Assembly (NCBI GenBank): GCA_963744995.1
Contig: CAVUWA010000011.1
Location: 352,001 to 416,000 of the forward strand
Reading direction: 5' to 3'
Source: Candidatus Eiseniibacteriota bacterium
GTDB lineage: Bacteria; Eisenbacteria; RBG-16-71-46
DNA: 64,000 bases
Below, one piece after another: positions 55,869-64,000 of the stretch. How positions within the stretch are numbered: position 1 is the first letter of the stretch; every line of letters begins with the position of its first letter. Below the pieces are notes generated by a model that did no database searches, had not been told where the DNA came from, and saw nothing but the letters and a program-made list of their open reading frames with translations. A program made the translations under genes and the position numbers.

Positions 55869-56284
55869 GGCGCGAAAGTGTACATGCGCCGCGCGCGGCT
55901 GGCGAGCCCACTGCCAGCGTGGCAGTGCGGCCCCGCGCCTGGCAGCCCCGGCCCGCCTCGCCGCCCGTCAGGGGCGTGTCAGGTGGTGGCCTCCGGTGCC
56001 GCAAGCGTCTGTCAACGCGCAGGCAGCGAGGCCGCCGTTTTCCGGCGTGCGCGCCGATGTTCCGGCCCGGCAGTTGCAGAACGACACCCCTGGCGGGCGC
56101 GCGCGGTCATGGAGCCGGTGGCGATGGCGCCCAGAGCGCGACGACCGAGGTCCGAGGCACGAGGAGGGCCATGCCATGACGGGGTGCGTCCCTCACCTGG
56201 GTCCAACCGACCGAGGTCACGCAACCGATCGACCGGTCCGCGCTCCACGCGCCGCGCGTCCCGCCGAGGAAAGGGGGAGGAGCG

Positions 56285-56779
56285 ATGAAACGTTTTGCGG
56301 CGGGGGTGGTGACGGGAGCCCTGCTGCTGGCCGTCGGGGCCCTCGCGCAGGGCCACGCACAGCAGAACATGCAGCAGCAGCAGCAACAGCAGCAGCAGCA
56401 ACAGCAGATGCAGAAGCAGCAGCAACAGCAGCAGCAGATGCAGCACATGCAGCAGGAGCCGAACCGTTACATGCGCATGCAGGCGTCCATGGAAGAGCTG
56501 GACGGCGTCATGACGCACATGCGCAACCTGAACCAGTGGATGAATCAGCACGACACCGAGCACGGGCTGCGCGAGATGGGTCAGGCCATGCTGCAGGCCG
56601 GCGAACGCATGCAGGTCATGCTCAAGACGGTGGATCAGATCTGCGAGAGCTGCGACAAGGCGCGCGACCGCGACCGCCTGCAGAAGATGGACCAGCTGCA
56701 GGACCAGCTGCGCACCATGACGCATCAGATGAAGCAGGCGCACGAGACGCTGTCGGAGATCGTCGGCGCACCCGCCTGA
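56285..56779 (+). CDS. Gln/Met-rich exported helical protein
   Basis: GGAGGAG RBS; signal peptide; poly-Q tract; CESC motif. Confidence 0.8.
   Translation: MKRFAAGVVTGALLLAVGALAQGHAQQNMQQQQQQQQQQQQMQKQQQQQQQMQHMQQEPNRYMRMQASMEELDGVMTHMRNLNQWMNQHDTEHGLREMGQAMLQAGERMQVMLKTVDQICESCDKARDRDRLQKMDQLQDQLRTMTHQMKQAHETLSEIVGAPA
56372..56455 (+). repeat. CAG/CAA trinucleotide repeat (poly-Gln)
   Basis: Directly visible; CAA interrupts every fifth codon in the first run. Confidence 0.95.
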
Positions 56780-57594
56780 TCGGTACGCTGCTCGCCGTTT
56801 CGTGCTGGACGCTCCCTGTGCCGCCTGCTGCGGCACAGGGAGTTCGTTATGACACCGGCCTCTCGGTGGCTTCGGGTCAGTACGGCACGAGCGAGACCAC
56901 GACGTCCGTCGTGTGGAGCCACGGGCTCGCGTTCGAGGCCGGACGTTTCACGCTGCGCGCGACCATGCCCGTCATCGCCCAGCGCGGCGCCGCGGTGCTC
57001 ACCGCCGGCGGCAGCGTGCCGGGCGGGAGCGGCGAGGGGAGCGGCGGCATGATGAGCGGCGGCGCCATGGGCGGCAGGCCGCGCACCGCATTCGGCACCG
57101 ACACGGCGGTCGACGAGTATCGCGTGCGCGCGGGCGATCCCGTCGTCGCGGTCACGCTGCGTGTGTTTCATGACATGCGCACCATCGTGAGCGCGGGCGC
57201 CGCCGTGAAGGCGCCGCTCGCCGAGGCCGGCGACGTCGGTACCGGCGAGTGGGACGGCGGCGTCACGCTCGACGTTTCGCGCCACGTCGCCGGCCCGTGG
57301 TTCGCGGCGGCGAGCGGCGCGTGGTGGAAGCTCGGTGATCCGGCCGGGCTGGACCTCCGCGACCCCGTGTTCGGCTCGCTGATGCTGTCACGGATCGCCG
57401 GAGGCGGCGCCGCCGCGCTGACGCTGTCCGCGGGCACCGCGGTGGTGAAGGGTCTCGACCCGCCCGTCTCGGGCGGCGCGATGGTCTCGCGCGATCTCTG
57501 GGGCGGCAGCGCCGCCGTGTCGGCGGCGCTCGGCATGACCGACGCCGCGGCCGACTTCTCGCTCGGACTCGGCTGGGGCGTGAAGCTGCGCTAG
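56776..57594 (+). CDS. Putative outer-membrane beta-barrel protein (start uncertain, possibly CTG)
   Basis: Signal-like N-terminus; SGQYG, GDPVV, VKAP...GTGEWDGG; C-terminal LGLGWGVKLR. Confidence 0.65.
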   Translation: MIGTLLAVSCWTLPVPPAAAQGVRYDTGLSVASGQYGTSETTTSVVWSHGLAFEAGRFTLRATMPVIAQRGAAVLTAGGSVPGGSGEGSGGMMSGGAMGGRPRTAFGTDTAVDEYRVRAGDPVVAVTLRVFHDMRTIVSAGAAVKAPLAEAGDVGTGEWDGGVTLDVSRHVAGPWFAAASGAWWKLGDPAGLDLRDPVFGSLMLSRIAGGGAAALTLSAGTAVVKGLDPPVSGGAMVSRDLWGGSAAVSAALGMTDAAADFSLGLGWGVKLR

Positions 57595-57640
57595 ACCGCT
57601 TCACGAGCGGCAGGGCCCGGGCGGTGCCCGCCCGGCCGCG

Positions 57641-58900
57641 CTACCTCAACCACCCCCGCGGATCCAGCGCGCTGCCGCCCTGGCGCACCTCGAAGTGCAG
57701 CTCGGGGCCCTTGAGCGAACCGCTGTCGCCGACACGCCCGATCGTCGCGCCGGCTTCGACTTCCTGGCCGACGTTCACCAGGATCTCGGACAGGTGGCCG
57801 TAGAGCGTGTAGTAGCCGTCGCCGTGGTTCAGGATCACCATCTGGCCGTAGGTGCCGTAGTCCTCGCTGGTGTAGTCCACGCGCGCCTTCGCGACCGCGC
57901 GCACCGGCGTGCCGATCGCGGCCCGGATGTCGATGCCGTTGTTCATCGTCATCGTGCCCCACTTGGGGTGCTTCTCGGGCCCGAAGCTGCCGATCACCGT
58001 GCCGCGCACCGGCCAGTCGAGCTGGCCCTTGCCCTTCGGGAAGTCGCCGGTGTACGGGACCCCGCCGCGCTTGCGCCGCGCCTCGAGCTGGGCGAGCAGG
58101 TTCTTGATGTCGCGCGCGGTCTTCTCGAGCTCGGCCGCCGCGGCCTCGTAGGCCTGGCGCTGGGTCTTGATGCGGCTGACCGTGGCCGAGTGTTCCTCCT
58201 GCAGCGAGGCGAGGTGCCGGCGCTGCGCCGCGGTGCGGGCTTCGTTCTTCTGCACCTCGCCGAGCGTGACCTCGAGCTTCTGCTTCGCGGCTTCGACGTG
58301 CTCCTTGCGCGTGGTGACGTCCTCGAGCAGCAGGCGGTCCTGTTCGGCGACCATGACGAGGAAGTCCCAGCGCGCGAGCAGCTGCGGAATGCTGCGCGTC
58401 GAGAGCAGGTATTCCAGCTCGCGCGCGGCGCCCTGCTTGTACATGTTGCGCAGCCGCCGGGCGAGCTTGGCGCGCTGCTGCGCGAGCGAGATCTGCGCGC
58501 GTTCGAGGTTGACGCGCGTCTCCTCGAGGTCGCGATCCAGCTTGCGGCTGCTGGCCTGGAGCCCTTTCAGCCGCTTGCGCGTGGCGTTCAGGCTGCGCTC
58601 GGTGCGGCGCAGCTTGCCGATCTCGGTCTTCTCCTGTTTCTGCAGCTTGCCGGCCTGCGCGCGGTTCTCGCGGGCCTGGCGCTCGACCTCCTCGAGTTCC
58701 TGCCGCTTCTGCGCTTCGAGTGCGCGGTCGCGCTCGGCCTGGCGTTCGGCGTCGATGCTGTCCTGGCGCGCGCGCGCGGCGCGACGCACGGCTTCGAGAC
58801 TGTCGCGATTGACCTGGGAGGCGGCCGGAAGCGCGGCGACGCCGAGCGCGATGCACACCGCGCCGATCGCCCACATCCGCCGTCGGACCGCCGGAGTCAC
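57641..58900 (-). CDS. envC: Murein hydrolase activator EnvC (coiled coil + degenerate M23)
   Basis: LDWPVRG, NNGIDI, HGDGYYTLYGH, LHFEVR; downstream of ftsEX. Confidence 0.9.
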   Translation of the reverse strand: MTPAVRRRMWAIGAVCIALGVAALPAASQVNRDSLEAVRRAARARQDSIDAERQAERDRALEAQKRQELEEVERQARENRAQAGKLQKQEKTEIGKLRRTERSLNATRKRLKGLQASSRKLDRDLEETRVNLERAQISLAQQRAKLARRLRNMYKQGAARELEYLLSTRSIPQLLARWDFLVMVAEQDRLLLEDVTTRKEHVEAAKQKLEVTLGEVQKNEARTAAQRRHLASLQEEHSATVSRIKTQRQAYEAAAAELEKTARDIKNLLAQLEARRKRGGVPYTGDFPKGKGQLDWPVRGTVIGSFGPEKHPKWGTMTMNNGIDIRAAIGTPVRAVAKARVDYTSEDYGTYGQMVILNHGDGYYTLYGHLSEILVNVGQEVEAGATIGRVGDSGSLKGPELHFEVRQGGSALDPRGWLR

Positions 58901-59754
58901 CTTCCGACCTGGCGCATGACGCGCGACAGCGCGACCACGGCCGCGAGCCAGGCGAGCGCCACCGTGAGGCCGACGAACATCGCGGCGTAGGGAATGGGGA
59001 TGAAGACGACCTTCCAGACCTGCGAGACCAGCGCCTGTTTGATCGCGTAGAGGATGCCGAGCGCGGCGACCGCGGCGAAACCGGCCTGCACGATCGCCTC
59101 GATCACGAACGGCGCGGCGATGAAGTAGTCGCTCGCCCCGAGGCGGCTCATGATCGCCACCTCCGGACGCCGCGCGAGCACGCTCAAGCGGATCGTGTTG
59201 TAGATCACCAGCACGATCGCGAGCGCGACCACGATGCCCACGGCGACGGCGCCGCGGGTGAGTCCGGTGGTGAGCTCATCCAGGCGCTGCACCCAGGGCG
59301 CGCCGTAGCGCACGTCTTCGACCTCGGGGAACTCCATCACCTGCTCGGCGGTACGCTGCATGGCGGGCAGGTTCAGCAGCTCCGGCTTGAGCCGCACGCG
59401 CAGCGCTGCGGGCAGCGGATTCTCGCCCACGGCCTCGAGCAGCTCGGGGTCGCCGATCTGCGACTCCAGCTCCTTCCAGGCGTCCTCCTTGCTGATGTAG
59501 GTCACCGAGCCGTACAGGTCGCGCATGCGCTCGATCAACTCGTCGCGGCGCGCGTCCTTCACGCCGTCACGCAGGTAGACCATCATCTCGCGGCGGTCGC
59601 CGATCAGTTGCAGCGCGTAGTCGGCGTTGTGCGCGAGCAGCACGAACATGGCGCACAGCGTGAGCGCGGCGGTCAGCGAGAAGATCGCGGTCCACGCCAG
59701 GCCCCGGTGCTGCAGGAAGGAGCGCCACGACTCGCGGAAGAAGAACAGGTGCAC
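58897..59754 (-). CDS. ftsX: Cell division permease FtsX
   Basis: NPLP, VEDVRYG, NTIRLSV, LGAS..FI..PF. Confidence 0.93.
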   Translation of the reverse strand: MHLFFFRESWRSFLQHRGLAWTAIFSLTAALTLCAMFVLLAHNADYALQLIGDRREMMVYLRDGVKDARRDELIERMRDLYGSVTYISKEDAWKELESQIGDPELLEAVGENPLPAALRVRLKPELLNLPAMQRTAEQVMEFPEVEDVRYGAPWVQRLDELTTGLTRGAVAVGIVVALAIVLVIYNTIRLSVLARRPEVAIMSRLGASDYFIAAPFVIEAIVQAGFAAVAALGILYAIKQALVSQVWKVVFIPIPYAAMFVGLTVALAWLAAVVALSRVMRQVGR

Positions 59755-59756
59755 GC

Positions 59757-60497
59757 TCAGCCCTCCGCCGCCGGCGTTTCGGCTGCTTCAGGGACGACGG
59801 GGGCCATTTCGGCCGGCAGCCCCATGTCCCCGAGCACCTCCAGCTGCTCGCGGATCCGGCCGTCGTCGAGGTGCATGCAGCGCCCGCCCAGCGCATCGGC
59901 GACCTCCTGCCGCGTCGTCACCAGCAGCAGTGCCGCGCCCTCGTCGTGGATGCGCTTGAGCAGCGCGATCACCTCGGCGGCGTAGCGATCCTCGAGCGCG
60001 CCGGTGGGCTCGTCGGCGAGGATCACCGCCGGGCGGTTGACGATCGCGCGCGCGATCGCGGCGCGCTGGCGCTCGCCGGCCGAGAGCTCGTGCGGGAACG
60101 CCGACTGCTTGAGCTGCAGGCCGACCTCTTCGAGCGCGTACATGACGCGCGGGATCACTTCTTCGTCGGCGAAGCGGCCGGTGATCCGCACCGCGAGCGC
60201 GACGTTCTCGAACACGCTGCGGTCGGAAAGCAGGCGGAAGTCCTCGTACACGATTCCCAGCGTGCGGCGCAGCAGCGCGCGCTGGCCGCGCGTCACGTGG
60301 CCCGTGCGGAACGTGCCCACGGTGACGGAGCCGGAGGTCGGCTGGATTTCCTGGGTGATCAGCCGGAGCAGGGACGTCTTGCCCGACCCGTTGTGGCCTA
60401 CGAAGACGACGCACTCGCCCTCGTCCATGTGCCACGAGACCGAGTCGAGGCCGAGGCGCTCTCCGTAGCGCTTGCTGACCTGCTCGAACGTAATCAT
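59757..60497 (-). CDS. ftsE: Cell division ABC ATPase FtsE
   Basis: GHNGSGKT, LRR.LGIV..DFRLL, LSAGERQR, ADEPTG; adjacent to ftsX. Confidence 0.9.
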   Translation of the reverse strand: MITFEQVSKRYGERLGLDSVSWHMDEGECVVFVGHNGSGKTSLLRLITQEIQPTSGSVTVGTFRTGHVTRGQRALLRRTLGIVYEDFRLLSDRSVFENVALAVRITGRFADEEVIPRVMYALEEVGLQLKQSAFPHELSAGERQRAAIARAIVNRPAVILADEPTGALEDRYAAEVIALLKRIHDEGAALLLVTTRQEVADALGGRCMHLDDGRIREQLEVLGDMGLPAEMAPVVPEAAETPAAEG

Positions 60498-60689
60498 GTC
60501 GTCGGCAACCTAGCCCGGGCGATTCCCGAACCGCAAGCCCCTCGCGGTGCCGTGCTCGCCGGGCGAATGGCGGCGCGCGGCCGCCTGCTGAGATGTCCGG
60601 GATCCCGGACGCGTGGGGGGCGCGTCGGGGCCGCGGGGTTCGCCCGGCCGCCCGCGCCGCCGCGGGGGCGGGTGCGCGGACGGTCCGGG

Positions 60690-62030
60690 CTACGAACTAC
60701 GGATCTCGATGTGCGACTTGTCCCGCAGACTCTTCACCCACTCGTCGTAGCGATCGCGATTGCGGATCTGCGATACGACCTGCGGCAGATCGTCCTTGAT
60801 CTCCTCCAGCGTGTACGGCCGCTCCGGCCGCTTGTCGAGCACCTTGAAGATGTTGTACCCGGCCTGGTTCGGCAGCACTTCGCTGACGCCGCCGACCGGC
60901 ACGTCTTCGAGGCCCTGGCGGATCTGCGGCTGCACCGAGCCCATCGAGATGAAGCCGAGATCGCCGCCCGGTGAGGCCGGGCCCTGGAACTTGCTGTAGC
61001 GCTGGACCAGCTTCGCGAAGTCTTCGCCTTTCACCGCGCGGGCCCGCACGCTCTCGGCCAGCTTCTTCGCGCGCTCGGCGTCCTTGTCGCTCAGCTGCAC
61101 GCGAATCAGGATGTGCCGCGCGTGCACGTCCACGGCGCGGTGACCGGTGGCGTCGATGCTGTCGGCGCCCGAGACCGTCTTCAGCGAGTCGCGCTCGAGC
61201 ACCTCGATGATGTGCCAGCCGAACGGGGTTTCGACCGGGTCGCTGATCTTGCCGATCGGCAGCGAGTAACAGGCTTCCTCGAACGCGGGATCCATCTGGT
61301 TGCGGCCGAAGTAGCCGAGATCGCCGCCCGAGTGGGCGCTGCCCGGGTCCTCGGACACGTCCTGCGCGACCTTCGCGAACTTCTCGCCCGCCATGATCCG
61401 CTTCTTCGCCGCCATGGCCCGCTTGCGCGCCTCGGCGCTGGTGGCCGAATCGGCCTCGACCGGGATCTGGATCACCGCGACGCGCAGCTCGGCCGGCACG
61501 TTCGGGAACTTGTCGGGGTGCGCCTTGAAGAACGCCTCCGCCTCGGCCGGGCTCACCTTCTCGGGTGGCACCTGCTTCTGCACGAGTCGTTGCGCCATCA
61601 TCTGCCGTTTCACTTCGGTCTGGTACTTCTGACGCAGCTGCGCCTCGGTCATGTTCTCGCGCTGCAGCTGCTCTTCGAACGCTGCCTGGCTGCCGAGCCG
61701 CTCCCTGGCGTCGGCAAGCGCCTTGTCGACCTGGGCGTCGACTTCCTGCTGCGACACTTTCACGCCCTGACGCTCGGCCTCGGCCACGATGAGCTTTTCG
61801 TCGATCAACTGGTCGAGGATCTGGCGGCGCAGCGTGTCCACCGTCGCCGAGTCGGGTTGCGCCTGGTTGCGCGACAGGAACAGATAGAGCTGCTCCTCGA
61901 CGTCGCTCTGCAGGACGACGTCGTCGTTGACGACGGCGGCGATGCCATCGAGGCGCTGCCCGTTCGAGGGGGCGGCGGACGCCAGCACGCCGACCGTCAG
62001 AAGCGCCAGCGGCCATCGAAAGAACTTCAA
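60690..62030 (-). CDS. surA: SurA-like peptidyl-prolyl isomerase chaperone
   Basis: DGIAAVVND; two parvulin domains (GGDLG, TPFGWHII, ARHIL); TTG start after GGAGG. Confidence 0.9.
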   Translation of the reverse strand: MKFFRWPLALLTVGVLASAAPSNGQRLDGIAAVVNDDVVLQSDVEEQLYLFLSRNQAQPDSATVDTLRRQILDQLIDEKLIVAEAERQGVKVSQQEVDAQVDKALADARERLGSQAAFEEQLQRENMTEAQLRQKYQTEVKRQMMAQRLVQKQVPPEKVSPAEAEAFFKAHPDKFPNVPAELRVAVIQIPVEADSATSAEARKRAMAAKKRIMAGEKFAKVAQDVSEDPGSAHSGGDLGYFGRNQMDPAFEEACYSLPIGKISDPVETPFGWHIIEVLERDSLKTVSGADSIDATGHRAVDVHARHILIRVQLSDKDAERAKKLAESVRARAVKGEDFAKLVQRYSKFQGPASPGGDLGFISMGSVQPQIRQGLEDVPVGGVSEVLPNQAGYNIFKVLDKRPERPYTLEEIKDDLPQVVSQIRNRDRYDEWVKSLRDKSHIEIRSS

Positions 62031-62456
62031 ATCAGAAACCTCCGGATGGGGCGCATGGTGCCGCGCCCGTGGGACCGACATGGGACCCGCCGCGACCCGC
62101 GGCGGCTGGAGCAGCGGGCGAGTATACGTTTCGATGCAGATACCGTACAGCAATTAGGGGGCCGCCATTCCCCTTGCATGCCTCTGACATGCCCGCGGCG
62201 GGTACGGTGCGCCATCCGCGTGGCGGGCAGAGCGTTGCGCCGCGGCGGCGCGGCGCCGCGGGCGGCCGGGTCGCGCGCACGGCGCCGTTCCCGCCGGGCG
62301 CTGGTGTGCCTCATGTGCCGCGCTCGTCGCCACGTCGCCGCGCCGCCCGGGCGCGGCCTTCATACTGGGCGCTCCACGCGGGGCCCTCCCCTTGCCGCGG
62401 CCCCGCGGCGCCTTCGCGGGGCCCGCCCTTTCGCGGGCCGCTCTCACTGTGGGACC

Positions 62457-64000
62457 ATGACCGACGCCTTGAACGTCAACATCCAACGCCGACGCCAGCT
62501 GGCGGTCGCCGCCCTGCTCATCGCGGCGGCCATCGCCCTCCCGCGCTTCTTCACACACTCGCCGATGCGCATGGGCGTCGCGCTCGAGGGCTGGTGGTCG
62601 GGTCAGCCGCCCACCGTCACGCGCGTCGTCGGGGCGCCGTCCCTGGGCCGCCTCGAAGTCGGCGACCGCCTGCTCACGATCAACGGCGAATCCCTCACCG
62701 ACCGGGACAACCTGCGCCGGCTCCAGCAGAAGGGCCTGCCGCGTGGGCCGATGGAACTGACCATCGAGCGCGGCGGCCGGCCGATGACCGTCGTGCTGCC
62801 GCCGGTGCGGCTCAGCGCCTGGGAGCGCCTGCGGCTGGTGATCTTCCCGATCGTCGCGATCATCGCCGCGCCGCTCGTGGCGTTCCTGCTCGTCTGGCGG
62901 CGTCCGGATCTGAGCGCGGCGTGGACGTTCCTGTGGTTCGCGTGCCTGCAGGCCATCGGCCTGATGCACGAGATCTTCCCGCACCCGATGATCCAGTCCA
63001 CGCGGGCGTTCCGCACCTACGTCATGGGCTTCACGATGCTGGTCTGGCTGTACCCGGCGGCGTTCCTGCACTTCATGACCGTGTTCCCGCGCCCGCGCTG
63101 GACGCACGAGACCCGCTGGAAGAGCCCGTGGTTCTGGTTCGTGTGCGCCGCCTATCTGACCCCGGTCGTGATGTGGCTCGTGGATCGGCACACGGGCGGG
63201 CCCTCGAACACGCTCTACGGCATCTATCAGGCCATCGTGTTCCCGCTCGCGGTGGTCTCGCTGATCGAGCGCTACGCGGTCCGGCGTCCGGGCGCCTGGC
63301 AGCCGCGCGACTCCGAGCGCGTGCTCGCCGTGCTCGTCGGGGTGCTGCTGTTCCTCGGTGCCGGGCTGAGCGCCGCGCCGCCCTCGGTGATGTCGTTCAT
63401 CCCGCCGAGCGCGCTGCGGTTCGTGTTCAGCGCGCTCACCGTGAGCTGGCTGCTGGCGCCGCTGTTCATCGCCTACCTGATCGCCAACGATCCTGCGTTC
63501 GACCCGCGCCGCGTGCTGGTGCAGAGCGTGCCCTACGCGCTGCTCACCGGCGTGCTGGCCGCGCTCTACCTGGGCGTCGTGCTGATCGGCCAGCGCATGT
63601 TCCAGGCCTACACCGGCGAGGACACGATGGCGTTCAACGTCGTCGCCGCGGTGATCATCGCGTTCCTGTTCGCACCGCTGCGCGAGCGCCTGCAGCGCAC
63701 GCTCGACCGGCTGTTCGGCCGCGATCCGGCTGCGCAGCGCCGCGCCATCGACGCCGCCGGCCAGGGGCTGCTCGGCGCGGCGGATCGCGACGGCGTGCGC
63801 GAGGTGATCGAGCACGGGCTCGCCGCGGGGCTCAAGCGCCCGGTCGCGCTGGAGTGGCCGGCGAGCGGCCCGCCGCGGCTCGCAGAAGGCGAAGAGGTGC
63901 CCGAGGACGCGAAGGCGGCGGTCAAGAACCTGCTGTCGCTCGCCGGTATCCGGCTCGAGAGCCTGGCGCTCCAGGAAGAGCGGGCGGCCGCGGAGCGCCG
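62457..64000 (+). CDS. PDZ + multi-TM sensor protein (truncated; output domain beyond the window)
   Basis: Manual translation MTDALNVNIQRRRQLAVAALL...LEVGDRLLTING (PDZ-like), several TMs, then PLRERLQRTLDRLF. Open to the window end, so absent from the ORF track. Confidence 0.75.
   Translation, partial: MTDALNVNIQRRRQLAVAALLIAAAIALPRFFTHSPMRMGVALEGWWSGQPPTVTRVVGAPSLGRLEVGDRLLTINGESLTDRDNLRRLQQKGLPRGPMELTIERGGRPMTVVLPPVRLSAWERLRLVIFPIVAIIAAPLVAFLLVWRRPDLSAAWTFLWFACLQAIGLMHEIFPHPMIQSTRAFRTYVMGFTMLVWLYPAAFLHFMTVFPRPRWTHETRWKSPWFWFVCAAYLTPVVMWLVDRHTGGPSNTLYGIYQAIVFPLAVVSLIERYAVRRPGAWQPRDSERVLAVLVGVLLFLGAGLSAAPPSVMSFIPPSALRFVFSALTVSWLLAPLFIAYLIANDPAFDPRRVLVQSVPYALLTGVLAALYLGVVLIGQRMFQAYTGEDTMAFNVVAAVIIAFLFAPLRERLQRTLDRLFGRDPAAQRRAIDAAGQGLLGAADRDGVREVIEHGLAAGLKRPVALEWPASGPPRLAEGEEVPEDAKAAVKNLLSLAGIRLESLALQEERAAAER

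Noticed and set aside
55855..56775. Upstream extension of the 579-aa ORF and the antisense poly-Cys/poly-Leu ORFs
   Set aside because: These are alternative readings of the CAG repeat. The poly-Gln frame has the RBS and the signal peptide.
62154..63815. 553-aa minus-strand ORF
   Set aside because: It is the shadow of the plus-strand PDZ/multi-TM gene that runs off the window.
1..64000. Prophage, IS, integron, tRNA or rRNA
   Set aside because: No integrase, transposase, phage structural gene or structured RNA signature was recognised.

Overview
This is a very GC-rich, gene-dense bacterial chromosomal segment from a diderm organism. A T9SS/FlgD-like C-terminal domain, TSP3-OmpA and DUF3857 genes suggest an FCB-related lineage such as Ca. 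Eisenbacteria (inference only). The left ~20 kb is one co-directional minus-strand locus. It runs from a Zn-ribbon/FHA protein through an FHA-FHA-TM-lytic transglycosylase, a vWA-TM-FHA protein, a PP2C phosphatase, a Ser/Thr kinase (TPR, TM, PEGA), a TPR/outer-membrane barrel and a monoheme lipoprotein to tssJ-tssK-tssL-tssM and three DUF3857/transglutaminase-like genes. It encodes a T6SS membrane complex and a rich phosphothreonine signalling module, but no tube, sheath, spike, tssEFG or ClpV gene is seen in the window. This is the best candidate for an undescribed envelope-spanning system. The rest holds envelope and housekeeping genes (M20 amidohydrolase, OmpA, eda, AsmA, DUF2330 plus NqrB/RnfD-like, degenerate glycogen-debranching homolog, HK/RR pair, rsmA, tatD, metG, yaaT/ricT, holB, envC-ftsX-ftsE, surA). 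Accessory exported proteins are interspersed, including Cys-rich, poly-Gln and a 1027-aa secreted protein. Many genes look leaderless. No rRNA, tRNA, CRISPR array or mobile element was recognised. Family assignments come from motif recognition by eye, not from database searches.
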